NCBI GenBank assembly: GCA_964557115.1
Contig: CAZKYO010000014.1
Span: 6,144 to 70,143, forward strand
Source: an uncultured Gemmatimonadaceae bacterium
GTDB lineage: Bacteria > Gemmatimonadota > Gemmatimonadetes > Gemmatimonadales > GWC2-71-9
DNA: 64,000 nt
Reading direction: 5' to 3'
Shown here one piece after another: positions 26,088-34,602 of this stretch. Both the position numbers and the translations under genes were made by a program. The notes under the pieces are model-generated. The model was not told the DNA's origin, did not search any database, and saw only the letters and a program-made list of their open reading frames with translations. Each line of letters starts with the position of its first letter. The first letter of the stretch is position 1.

Positions 26088-26459
26088 ATGCGTCGCCACC
26101 TGATGAAGTCGAAGATCCACCGCGCGACGATCACGTCGGCGGACCTGCATTACGAGGGGTCGCTCACGCTCGACACCGAGCTGATGGCGGCGGCCGACCT
26201 CGTCGAGTTCGAGGAGATCCAGGTCGTCAACGTCAACAACGGCGCCCGGTTCTCCACATACGTCATTCCCGGCCCCGCCCACAGCGGGGTGATCCAGCTC
26301 AACGGCGCGGCGGCCCGCCTCGGCATGCCCGGGGACACGGTGATCCTGATCGCCTACGGCGAGTACGACGAGGACGAGGTCAAGGCGCACCGTCCCGCGG
26401 TCGTGTTCGTCGACGGGCAGAACCGGATCGCCAGGCCGCCGCTCAGCGTGGAACACTGA
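26088..26459 (+). CDS. panD: Aspartate 1-decarboxylase proenzyme
   Basis: MKSKIHRAT, cleavage site YEGS, NGARFSTY, NGAAAR. Confidence 0.97.
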   Translation: MRRHLMKSKIHRATITSADLHYEGSLTLDTELMAAADLVEFEEIQVVNVNNGARFSTYVIPGPAHSGVIQLNGAAARLGMPGDTVILIAYGEYDEDEVKAHRPAVVFVDGQNRIARPPLSVEH

Positions 26460-26463
26460 GGCG

Positions 26464-27024
26464 ATGAGCGCCGAGCGGGGCCGGACGGCCCAGGGCGGCC
26501 TGCCGCCCTGGGCCGTCGTCACGCCGGAGCGCGCCGCGCACGTCGGCCGCGTCGTCGCGCTGCTGGAGCGCTGGGCCGATCGCCTGGAGCTGGACCGCGA
26601 GGAGCGCGCGCGCTGGAGCCGGGCCGGCTGGCTCCACGACGCGTTGCGCGACGCCCCCGAGGACGAGCTGCGGCGCTGGGCGCCGATGGTCGAGGGCCCG
26701 CGGGCGTTCCTGCACGGCCCCGCCGCGGCGTCGCGCGCGGCGCTCGAGGGCGAGTCGGACACCGACGTGCTGAGCGCGGTGCGCCACCACACCGTGGGGT
26801 GGGCGCGCTGGGGCGAGGTTGGTCGCGCGCTCTATGCCGCCGACTTCCTCGAACCCGGTCGGCCGTTCGATCGCGAGGCACGGGCCGATCTTGCCGAGCG
26901 CTACCCCGATGAGCCCGGTGCGGTGCTGGTCGAGGTGATCGAGCGGCGGATCGTCTTCCACCGCGGCAAGGGACGCGAGCCGCTTCCCGAGACGGTGGCC
27001 TTCCTCGAGGCGCTCGCCCGATGA
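26464..27024 (+). CDS. YqeK-like HD-domain phosphohydrolase (possible Ap4A hydrolase)
   Basis: AGWLHDALR, LHGPAAA, AVRHHTVG, LYAADFLEPGR match the YqeK pattern. Confidence 0.7.
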   Translation: MSAERGRTAQGGLPPWAVVTPERAAHVGRVVALLERWADRLELDREERARWSRAGWLHDALRDAPEDELRRWAPMVEGPRAFLHGPAAASRAALEGESDTDVLSAVRHHTVGWARWGEVGRALYAADFLEPGRPFDREARADLAERYPDEPGAVLVEVIERRIVFHRGKGREPLPETVAFLEALAR

Positions 27025-27440
27025 AGCGACCCCTCGTCGCGAGTGCCGCGGCAATCCTCCTGATCGTCGTGATCGTCCTGGCATGGCGCGCGACCCGCGG
27101 GACGCCCGGACTGGCGAGCGCGGCCGGCGAGCGGACCTGGCCGCCGCTGCCCCACGTCGTCACGGTCGAGGTGCTGAACGGTGGTGGCTCGGCCGGGGCG
27201 GCGCGCGACGCGGCCCTGCGGCTCCGGCAAGGCGGACTCGACGTCGTCAGCTGGGGCAACGCCCCGCCGGAACTGCGCGACAGCGTGACCACGCAGGTGC
27301 GGGTCCTGCTGCGCGTCGGCGACAGCACCGGGAGTGGCCGGGTCGCCGAGGTGCTCGGTCCCGCCGAGGTCCGCGCGGACCTCGACGATTCGCGCCTGGT
27401 CGACCTCACCGTCGTCATCCCTCGCGACACGGCGCGCTAG
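27021..27440 (+). CDS. LytR C-terminal domain (LytR_C) membrane-anchored protein
   Basis: N-terminal TM helix, then TVEVLNGGGSAGAA...L...G.DVVSWGNA and DLTVVI. Confidence 0.8.
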   Translation: MKRPLVASAAAILLIVVIVLAWRATRGTPGLASAAGERTWPPLPHVVTVEVLNGGGSAGAARDAALRLRQGGLDVVSWGNAPPELRDSVTTQVRVLLRVGDSTGSGRVAEVLGPAEVRADLDDSRLVDLTVVIPRDTAR

Positions 27441-28786
27441 TACCAGCTCCACGGCATCGCCAGCACCAGGTCGCCGACGTTCGTGCCGGTGGCGCCCGGC
27501 CGGAACAGTGCGCCGATCGCGTCGAGCGCGGGGTACGCATCCCGACGACCGATGGCGGCCTCCACATCGATGCCTTTGGCGCGCCATTCGCTCCCGCTCC
27601 ACCCATCCACGAAGGCGCCCGCCGCGTCGGTCGGCCCGTCGCGGCCATCGGTGCCGGCGACGAGCACCGGCACGTCCATCTCCAGCGCACGGCGGCGGCC
27701 CAGCCAGTCGAGTCGCCGCGCCGCCACCAGCGCGAACTGCTGCGCCCTGCCGCCGGTCCCGTGCGCGTCCGGCAGCATCACCGTCGTCTCGCCGCTCCAC
27801 ACGTGGAGCTCGCGCAGCCGCGGTCCGGGCGTGATCCAGATCCCCGTCTCGGTGCCCGGCCGGATCCGGCGGGCGAGGACCTCGTGCCCGAGCCAGTCGG
27901 CGAGCGCGATCGCCGCGTCGTCGGTCTCCCCGTCGAGTGGCGCCGTGTGATGGTGCACCCGGACGCCCTCCGCCTGTGCCGCCTGCGCAGCGGCCTGGAC
28001 CGCCATCGCCCGATCAGCCACCACGACGTGCGGTACACGGGTCGCTGGCGGCGCAGGTGCGCCGAGGGCCGCGACCACGCTCGCCGGCAGTTGTGCGAGC
28101 AGGTCGCGTTGAGCCAGCAGGCGGGCGACGGTGTCCGGTGCGAGCGCGCCGCCGACCAGCGGGCCCGAGCCGATCGCGGCGAGGTCGTTGTCGACCACGT
28201 CGCTGATCACGAGGGCGCGCACGTCGCGTCCCGCGAGCGCAGTGGCAAGGCGTCCCGCGCTCCAGCGCGTGAGATGTCGGCGCAGCGCATTCATCGCGTG
28301 GATGTCGAGCCCCAGCGCGTGGAACGTCTCGAAGGCGGACCCCAATTCCGCATCAGCGATCGGGGCGAGCGGTGCCGCCAGCAGGGAAGAGGTGCCACCG
28401 GAGAGGAGGACGAGCACGGGCGCGCCGGCGGGAAGTGTCGCGATGACTTCCGCGAGGCGATCGGCCGCGGCGCGTGAACCGGCGCCAGGCACTGGATGCT
28501 CGCCGAGAACGACCGGGAGACGGAGCGCGTTCGCTGGTGGCGCCTCGTGACAGACGACGAGGCCGGTGGCCGGGGCGAGGCCGTGCGCGCCCAGCCATTG
28601 CTCGACGGCCAGGGCCATGCCTGCGGCCGCCTTCCCGAACGCGAGCACCACGGGAGCCCGCTCCGGACGCGGCATCGCCGCCAGCGCCCGCGACGTGGCC
28701 GCCACCGGATCCACCGCCCGGACGGCGGCCCGCCACCAGCGTTCCAGCGCCTGTCGTGCCTCGAGGACTTCCGCCGGACGATCCAT
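27437..28786 (-). CDS. Glycerate 2-kinase (DUF4147/MOFRL, TtuD/GckA family)
   Basis: AFGKAAAGM, GEHPVP, LLSGGTSSL, ISDVVDNDLAAIGSGP, GETTV, GGRAQ, AGTDGRDGPTDAAGA, TGTNVGD. Confidence 0.9.
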   Translation of the reverse strand: MDRPAEVLEARQALERWWRAAVRAVDPVAATSRALAAMPRPERAPVVLAFGKAAAGMALAVEQWLGAHGLAPATGLVVCHEAPPANALRLPVVLGEHPVPGAGSRAAADRLAEVIATLPAGAPVLVLLSGGTSSLLAAPLAPIADAELGSAFETFHALGLDIHAMNALRRHLTRWSAGRLATALAGRDVRALVISDVVDNDLAAIGSGPLVGGALAPDTVARLLAQRDLLAQLPASVVAALGAPAPPATRVPHVVVADRAMAVQAAAQAAQAEGVRVHHHTAPLDGETDDAAIALADWLGHEVLARRIRPGTETGIWITPGPRLRELHVWSGETTVMLPDAHGTGGRAQQFALVAARRLDWLGRRRALEMDVPVLVAGTDGRDGPTDAAGAFVDGWSGSEWRAKGIDVEAAIGRRDAYPALDAIGALFRPGATGTNVGDLVLAMPWSWY

Positions 28787-28855
28787 CGGCCCTCGCCGTG
28801 GGGACGCAGCCAACTTACACTCCGGCATCGCGGTTCCCCGAGCCCACGAGGCCCG

Positions 28856-30025
28856 ATGTCCGGACGCCGACACCTCTTCGTTCCCGGCCCCACCAACATC
28901 CCCGAGCGGATTCTCCGAGCCATGCACCGTCCGTCGGAGGACCATCGTGCCGTGGACTTTCCGGCGCTGGTCCTGCCGCTGCTCGACGACGTCGCGCGCC
29001 TGTTCGACACGCGCGACGGCAAGGTCGCCGTCTTCCCGGCCACCGGCACCGGCGGCTGGGAGGCGGCGCTGGTGAACACCGTGCCCGCCGCCAGCCACCT
29101 GCTGATGACCGGCGTGGGGCAGTTCGCCGACCTCTGGTGCGACCTTGCGGAGCGGCTTGGCCACGTGGTGCACCGCCTGCCCGGTCTCGAGTGGGGTGAT
29201 GCGCCGCCGCCCACTCTGGTCCATGATGCCCTCACCGCCGATCGCGAGCATCGCCTCGCCGCGGTCCTCGTGGTCCACAACGAGACCTCGACCGGCGTGA
29301 CCGCCGACCTCCCAGGGATTCGGCGCGCGATGGACGACGCCGGCCATCCTGCACTGCTGATGAGCGACGGCGTCTCGGCGATCGCCTCGCTGCCGTTCCA
29401 CCTCGACGCCTGGCGCGTGGACGTGGCGCTCACCGGCTCGCAGAAGGGGCTGATGCTGCCGGCCGGCCTGGCCCTGCTGGCGCTGTCCCCGCGCGCGCTG
29501 GAGCGCGTCGCCTCGAACGACGCCCCGCGCGGGTTCTTCGACCTCCGCCCGATGCTGGCGAGCAACGCCGACGGCTGGTTCCCCTACACACCGTCGATTC
29601 CGATGCTGCACGGCCTTCGCGAGGCGCTTGCCATGCTGTTCGAGGAGGGGCTGGAGAACGTCTGGGCCCGGCACCACCGCCTCGCCGACGGCGTCCGCGC
29701 CGCCGTGGAGGCGTGGGATCTGCAGCGCTGCTGTCGCGAATGGCGCGATGCCTCCAACACCGTCACCACCGTGATGCTGCCGCCCGCGATCGACGGCCGG
29801 GCCCTCGTGACCCACGCGCACCGGCGGCGCCAGCTCGACCTGGGCGGCGGCCTCGGTCCGCTCGCCGGCCGCGCCTTCCGGATCGGCCACCTTGGCGACC
29901 TGAACGAGGGGATGCTCCTCGGCGCGCTTGGCCTGGTCGAGTTGTCGCTCTCCGACATGGGCGCCAGGGTGCCGTTCGGCGCCGGCACGGGCGCGGCCCT
30001 GCGCGCGTGGGCGGACGCGGGATGA
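28856..30025 (+). CDS. Serine--glyoxylate aminotransferase-like (class V PLP enzyme, SgaA type)
   Basis: LFVPGPTNIP, TGTGGWEAALVN, VVHNETSTG, SQKGLMLPAGL, FPYTPSIPMLHGL, ARHHRLADGVRAAV, FRIGHLG. Confidence 0.85.
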   Translation: MSGRRHLFVPGPTNIPERILRAMHRPSEDHRAVDFPALVLPLLDDVARLFDTRDGKVAVFPATGTGGWEAALVNTVPAASHLLMTGVGQFADLWCDLAERLGHVVHRLPGLEWGDAPPPTLVHDALTADREHRLAAVLVVHNETSTGVTADLPGIRRAMDDAGHPALLMSDGVSAIASLPFHLDAWRVDVALTGSQKGLMLPAGLALLALSPRALERVASNDAPRGFFDLRPMLASNADGWFPYTPSIPMLHGLREALAMLFEEGLENVWARHHRLADGVRAAVEAWDLQRCCREWRDASNTVTTVMLPPAIDGRALVTHAHRRRQLDLGGGLGPLAGRAFRIGHLGDLNEGMLLGALGLVELSLSDMGARVPFGAGTGAALRAWADAG

Positions 30026-30996
30026 GCGGCCGCCCGAGGATCGTCGTCACCCGACGACTGCCGCACGCCGTCGAGGATGCCCTTCGCAGCCGCTACGAGG
30101 CGGTGCTCTCGAGCGACGATGTCGCGATGGACGCCGGGGCACTCCAGCGCGCCCTCGCCGACGCCGACGGGGTGCTCTGCACCGTGACGGACCGGTTCAC
30201 GGCCGAGGTGTTCTCCGGCTATCCGAAGCGCTGCCGGATCCTCGCCAACTTCGGCGTCGGCACCGACAACATCGACCTCGCGGCCGCGCGCGCCCACGGC
30301 ATCGTCGTCACCAACACGCCGGATGTCCTGACCGACGACACCGCCGACCTCGCGATGACGCTGCTGCTCATGACGCTGAGGCGCGCGGGGGAAGGGGAGC
30401 GCGAGCTGCGCGGCGGCCGCTGGACCGGCTGGCGGCCGACCCACCTGATGGGGAGTCGCGTCACCGGACGCGTGCTCGGCGTCGTCGGCCTCGGGCGCAT
30501 TGGTCGCGCGGTGGCACGCCGCGCGCGCCTGGGATTCGGGATGCGGGTGCTGGGCTGGGGCCGCACGATGCCGACCACGGGGGAACTCGCCGCGCTCGGC
30601 ATCGAGCCGGTGGGGTCGCTCGACGCGCTGCTGGCCGCGTCGGAGGCGGTGACCCTCCACGTCCCCGGCGGCGAGGGCACCCGTCACCTGATCGATGCGC
30701 GGCGCCTCGCCCTGATGCCGCCGGGGAGCGTGCTGATCAACACCGCCCGCGGTGCCGTCGTCGATACCGATGCGCTGGTGGATTCCCTCGTGGCCGGGCA
30801 CCTGCGCGGCGCCGGTCTCGATGTCTATCCGGCCGAGCCGAAGGTGGATCGCCGACTCCTGGGGATGGAGCAGGTGGTGCTGCTGCCGCACCTGGGGAGC
30901 GCGACGCGCGAGGGACGCGAGGAGATGGGCTTCCGTGCGCTGGGAAACCTCGACGACTTCTTCGGGGGTCGGGCGCCGCGGGATGCCGTGAACTAG
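30022..30996 (+). CDS. D-isomer-specific 2-hydroxyacid dehydrogenase (glyoxylate/hydroxypyruvate reductase, D-glycerate dehydrogenase)
   Basis: VVTRRLP, NFGVGTDNIDL, VTNTPDVLT, GVVGLGRIG, INTARG, GLDVY..EP, LPHLGSAT. Confidence 0.9.
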   Translation: MSGRPRIVVTRRLPHAVEDALRSRYEAVLSSDDVAMDAGALQRALADADGVLCTVTDRFTAEVFSGYPKRCRILANFGVGTDNIDLAAARAHGIVVTNTPDVLTDDTADLAMTLLLMTLRRAGEGERELRGGRWTGWRPTHLMGSRVTGRVLGVVGLGRIGRAVARRARLGFGMRVLGWGRTMPTTGELAALGIEPVGSLDALLAASEAVTLHVPGGEGTRHLIDARRLALMPPGSVLINTARGAVVDTDALVDSLVAGHLRGAGLDVYPAEPKVDRRLLGMEQVVLLPHLGSATREGREEMGFRALGNLDDFFGGRAPRDAVN

Positions 30997-31082
30997 GTGA
31001 AGGGTGAATAGTGAATGGTGAATGGTGAATGGGAGGCCTTTCCGGAGCGGTTCCCATTCACCATTCACCAGTCATCCGTCAC
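30997..31082. repeat. Heptamer-built palindromic intergenic element (GTGAATG)n...(CATTCAC)n between convergent genes
   Basis: GTGAAGG GTGAATA GTGAATG GTGAATG GTGAATG (30997-31031), a loop, then CATTCAC CATTCAC CAGTCAT CCGTCAC (31055-31082). Confidence 0.9.
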
Positions 31083-32143
31083 CCGTTGCCGGCTTCCGCC
31101 TTGCGCCGCCGCTTCTCCATCTTCACGTAGAGCTGCCCGCACGCGGCGTCGATGTCGAGGCCGCGGCTGCGCCGCACCACCGCCTCGATGCCGGCGTCGG
31201 CGAGCTCCTGGCGGAAGGCGCGGATCCTCGACGGCGGCGAGGGCACCAGCGTCTTGTCGCCGCCCGGATGGAGCGGCAGCAGGTTGACGTGCGCGCCGAG
31301 GCGGCGGGCGAGGCCGATCAGCGTGCCCGCGTCCTCGTCCCGGTCGTTGCGGCCCGCGATCATCACGTACTCGAACGTGATCCGCTTCTTGAACTCCTCG
31401 GCCGCCTGCAGCACGTCCTTCAAGTGGTACTTCTTCTCGATCGGCATCAAGCCGAGCCGGTCGGTCGGGTGCGGCGAGTGGAGCGAGATCGCCAGCCGGA
31501 ACTGCTCCGGCCGCGCGGCGAGCGCCTTCATCCCTGGCACGATCCCCACCGTGCTGACGGTGATGTGCCGTGCCCCGATCCCGAGCCCGTCCTCGGCGTT
31601 CAGGATCGTGAGGGCGAGGTCCACGCCGGGCCAGTTGAGCAGCGGCTCGCCCATCCCCATGAACACGATGTTGGTCGGCTTGTCGGCCGGGTTGCGGAGG
31701 ACCACCTCGCGCACCTGCGCCGCGATCTCCCAGCCGGCCAGGTTGCGCCGGAATCCCATCAGGCCGGTGGCACAGAAGACGCAGCCCAGCGCGCAGCCCG
31801 CCTGCGAGGAGATGCAAAGCGTGCGACGGCTCGCCGACGGGATCAGCACCGACTCGATCTTCTCGCCGTCGGCCAGGGCCCAGAGGTACTTGCGGGTGCC
31901 GTCCGATGAGGTCTGCACCACTTCCGTGCCGAGTCGCGCGATCGGGAAGGCGACGTCGAGCTCCTCACGGAGCGCCGCGGGAAGCTCGGTCGCGTCCTGC
32001 CAGCTGGCGACCGGATTGACCCAGAGGCGCCGGTGCAGCTGGCCTGCGCGGTATCCCGGCAGGCCGCGCGAGGCGACCCACTCCTTGAGGCGGATCGCCG
32101 CGCGGGCGGGGGTCTGGTCGAGGAGGTTCTCCGGTGCGGCCAT
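31079..32143 (-). CDS. rlmN: Dual-specificity RNA methyltransferase RlmN
   Basis: DGTRKYL, IESVLIP, CISSQAGCALGCVFCATG (radical SAM), FMGMGEPLLN, DIDAACGQL. Confidence 0.97.
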   Translation of the reverse strand: MAAPENLLDQTPARAAIRLKEWVASRGLPGYRAGQLHRRLWVNPVASWQDATELPAALREELDVAFPIARLGTEVVQTSSDGTRKYLWALADGEKIESVLIPSASRRTLCISSQAGCALGCVFCATGLMGFRRNLAGWEIAAQVREVVLRNPADKPTNIVFMGMGEPLLNWPGVDLALTILNAEDGLGIGARHITVSTVGIVPGMKALAARPEQFRLAISLHSPHPTDRLGLMPIEKKYHLKDVLQAAEEFKKRITFEYVMIAGRNDRDEDAGTLIGLARRLGAHVNLLPLHPGGDKTLVPSPPSRIRAFRQELADAGIEAVVRRSRGLDIDAACGQLYVKMEKRRRKAEAGNG

Positions 32144-32277
32144 GCCGAAAGGTAAGCCGCCGCCCGGCCTCCGTAGTTTGCCCGACCGGAAGAGACCGGA
32201 TGCCGGGTCGCGCCGGCGATCGGTAGACTGGCGGGCGTGCGTTCCCCTGCGCACGTCAATCTTCCGTGGAGAGCCAG

Positions 32278-34446
32278 ATGTCCTCCGTGATGGTGCGACG
32301 CGTCTCGTTGCCCGCGCTGTTCCTCCTCCTCTCCCTCCCGCTGGCCGCCCAGCGACCCGATTCCAGTCGATCCGACTCCCTCTCGCGCCCGGTGCAGGCC
32401 CTCGCCCCGATGGTGGTGACCGCCACACGCGGCCAGCGACCGCTCCTCGACGTCCCCGGTGCGGCGTCGGTGATCACGGGCGTGGAACTGCAGCGGCGAC
32501 CGATGGCGACCGTCGCCGACCTCTTCGTTGACCTGCCGGGCCTCGACCTCACCGGCGTCGGCCCGAGCCAGGGACGGCCGGTCATCCGCGGCTTTACCGG
32601 CCAGCGGGTGCTGCTCCTCGAGGACGGTCTCCGGGTGACCAACACCCGGCGCCAGCAGGACTTCGGCGAGCTGCCGGCGCTGGTGGACCAGCGCGCGCTC
32701 GAGCGGGTCGAGGTGGTGCGCGGTGCGGCGTCGGTGCTCTACGGATCCGACGCGATCGGCGGCGTCGTGAACATGGTGAGCGCCGAGCTGCCGCGCGACG
32801 ACGCGATGCACGGCGAGCTCCGCTTCGGCTACGTCGGCGGCACGGCGGGAACCACCGAGCCTTCCGGCACGCTCGACGGCCGCACCGGGCGCCTCGCCTT
32901 CCGCCTCGACGCCGATCGGCGCGTTGCCGACGCGTACGAGGCGCCGGCCGGCACCTTCGGCAACCTCACGCTGCACGCTCCGGCGACGGTGCAGGGCACC
33001 GGCGTCACCGACCGCCACCTGCGCGGCCGGGTCTCCCTCGACCTGGCGCCCGGGCAGCAGCTCTTCGCGAGCTACGACGATTACCGCGCCGAGGACGCCG
33101 GCTTCGGCTTCCTCGATCCGTCGCTCCTCGGCGAAGGGCAGCCGACGATCGACATCCGCTACCCCGACCAGCAGGTGCGCCGCGGGACGGTCGGCTACCG
33201 CGGGCGCGACCTCCGCCTGCCCTTCGCCGACCGCATCGACGTCGCCGCCTTCCGCTCGGTGAACCGACGCCATCTCGACCAGGACATCTTCATCCCGTTC
33301 GGGCCTGACGCCGGCATGAGCGTCGCCACCCGGAACTTCACCGACGTCGGCGCGACGGGCGTGCGCGTCGAACTGGCCCGCGGCCTCGGCGCTCGGCACC
33401 TCGTCACCTACGGGGCCGAGTTCAACCAGGACCGGGCGTCGGGAACCGACTCGAGCCAGACGACGATCTCCGGCTTCGGGCCGCCGCAGACCGACGTCTC
33501 CAACACGCCCTCGCTGCCCGAGGCGCGCACCCGGTCACTCGGCGTGTTCGCCCAGGACGAATTCCGCGCCAGTGAACGGCTCTCGGTCATCGTCGGCGGG
33601 CGTTACCAGGGCAACCGCGCCGAGTCGTTCGCGACGGCCGGCCTCGCTCAACCGCCCGCCTCGAACGCGGACGATGCGGGCGTCTGGTCGGCCAGCGCGC
33701 TGTATCGGCTGACCGGCGACGTGCGGCTGATCGCCTCGGCGAGTCGCGGGTTCCGGAGCCCGAACCTGGTCGAGCGGTTCTTCGACGGCGTGACGCCAGA
33801 GGGCAGCGGCTTCCAGTCGCGGAATCCCGCGCTGCGGCCGGAGTCGAGCCTCGACGTCGACCTCGGGTTCCGGCTGCAGCGGCCACGCTGGTCGCTGGAG
33901 ACGTTCGTGTTCCAGAATCGCCTGCACGACGGGATCCGGATCGCCGCCACCGGCGACACCGTGATGGGCTTCCCGGAGTACCAGAACATCAACGTGGACA
34001 AGCTGCGGGTGCGCGGTGTCGAGGCGTCGGCGTCCGTGTCCCCGTTCGCGGGGGCCACCCTGTCCGGCAACTACACCACCCTCGACGAGACCGACACCGA
34101 TCGGCCGCTCGTGCCGGTGGGTGACGGATACGGGAGCAAGCTGGTCCTCGCGGCGCGCTACCGGCTGCCGTCGGGACGCGCGTGGGCGGCGGTACGGTTC
34201 CGGCACCAGGGGAGCCGTGACGCCGCGGCGTCGGCGGAGAGCGTCGTGGGGCCGACCATTCCCGGCTTCGCCACGCTCGACGTCGACGTCGGCCTCATTC
34301 CGGTCCAGCTCGGCGGCACGGTGAGTGTCCTCACCGCCACCGTGGAGAACGTGACGAACACCCTGTATGCCGAGGAGGGCAACGCCGGCTTCGTCCGACC
34401 GGCCCCGGGGCGCCGGGTGCTGCTCGCCTGGCGGACCGCCTTCTGA
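32278..34446 (+). CDS. TonB-dependent outer-membrane receptor
   Basis: Signal peptide, MVVTATR, plug-domain LERVEVVRGAASVLYGSDAIGGVVN, FRSPNL...RNPALRPE, C-terminal PGRRVLLAWRTAF (terminal Phe). Confidence 0.93.
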   Translation: MSSVMVRRVSLPALFLLLSLPLAAQRPDSSRSDSLSRPVQALAPMVVTATRGQRPLLDVPGAASVITGVELQRRPMATVADLFVDLPGLDLTGVGPSQGRPVIRGFTGQRVLLLEDGLRVTNTRRQQDFGELPALVDQRALERVEVVRGAASVLYGSDAIGGVVNMVSAELPRDDAMHGELRFGYVGGTAGTTEPSGTLDGRTGRLAFRLDADRRVADAYEAPAGTFGNLTLHAPATVQGTGVTDRHLRGRVSLDLAPGQQLFASYDDYRAEDAGFGFLDPSLLGEGQPTIDIRYPDQQVRRGTVGYRGRDLRLPFADRIDVAAFRSVNRRHLDQDIFIPFGPDAGMSVATRNFTDVGATGVRVELARGLGARHLVTYGAEFNQDRASGTDSSQTTISGFGPPQTDVSNTPSLPEARTRSLGVFAQDEFRASERLSVIVGGRYQGNRAESFATAGLAQPPASNADDAGVWSASALYRLTGDVRLIASASRGFRSPNLVERFFDGVTPEGSGFQSRNPALRPESSLDVDLGFRLQRPRWSLETFVFQNRLHDGIRIAATGDTVMGFPEYQNINVDKLRVRGVEASASVSPFAGATLSGNYTTLDETDTDRPLVPVGDGYGSKLVLAARYRLPSGRAWAAVRFRHQGSRDAAASAESVVGPTIPGFATLDVDVGLIPVQLGGTVSVLTATVENVTNTLYAEEGNAGFVRPAPGRRVLLAWRTAF

Positions 34447-34493
34447 CCGGACGAGGCGGGGCAACCACGGAAGTCCAAGAGAATCCCGCACTT

Positions 34494-34525
34494 GCGCGGC
34501 CCTTCCGGGGGCCGCGCTTGCTTTC
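34494..34525 (+). terminator. Probable intrinsic terminator after the TonB-dependent receptor
   Basis: Stem GCGCGGCCC / GGGCCGCGC with a 6-nt loop, followed by TTGCTTTC. Confidence 0.6.
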
Positions 34526-34602
34526 ACCCCCGGCGGTCCGGCGTTAGCTTTCGGCCCCGGAATCGGCCCGAACCCAAGCATCCCGACGGTATCCACGCCC
34601 GC

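Noticed and set aside
30997-31082. Heptamer arrays as a CRISPR array or intrinsic terminator
   Set aside because: There are no unique spacers of CRISPR length and no cas genes. The arrays lack a U-tract, so they were kept as repeats rather than called terminators.
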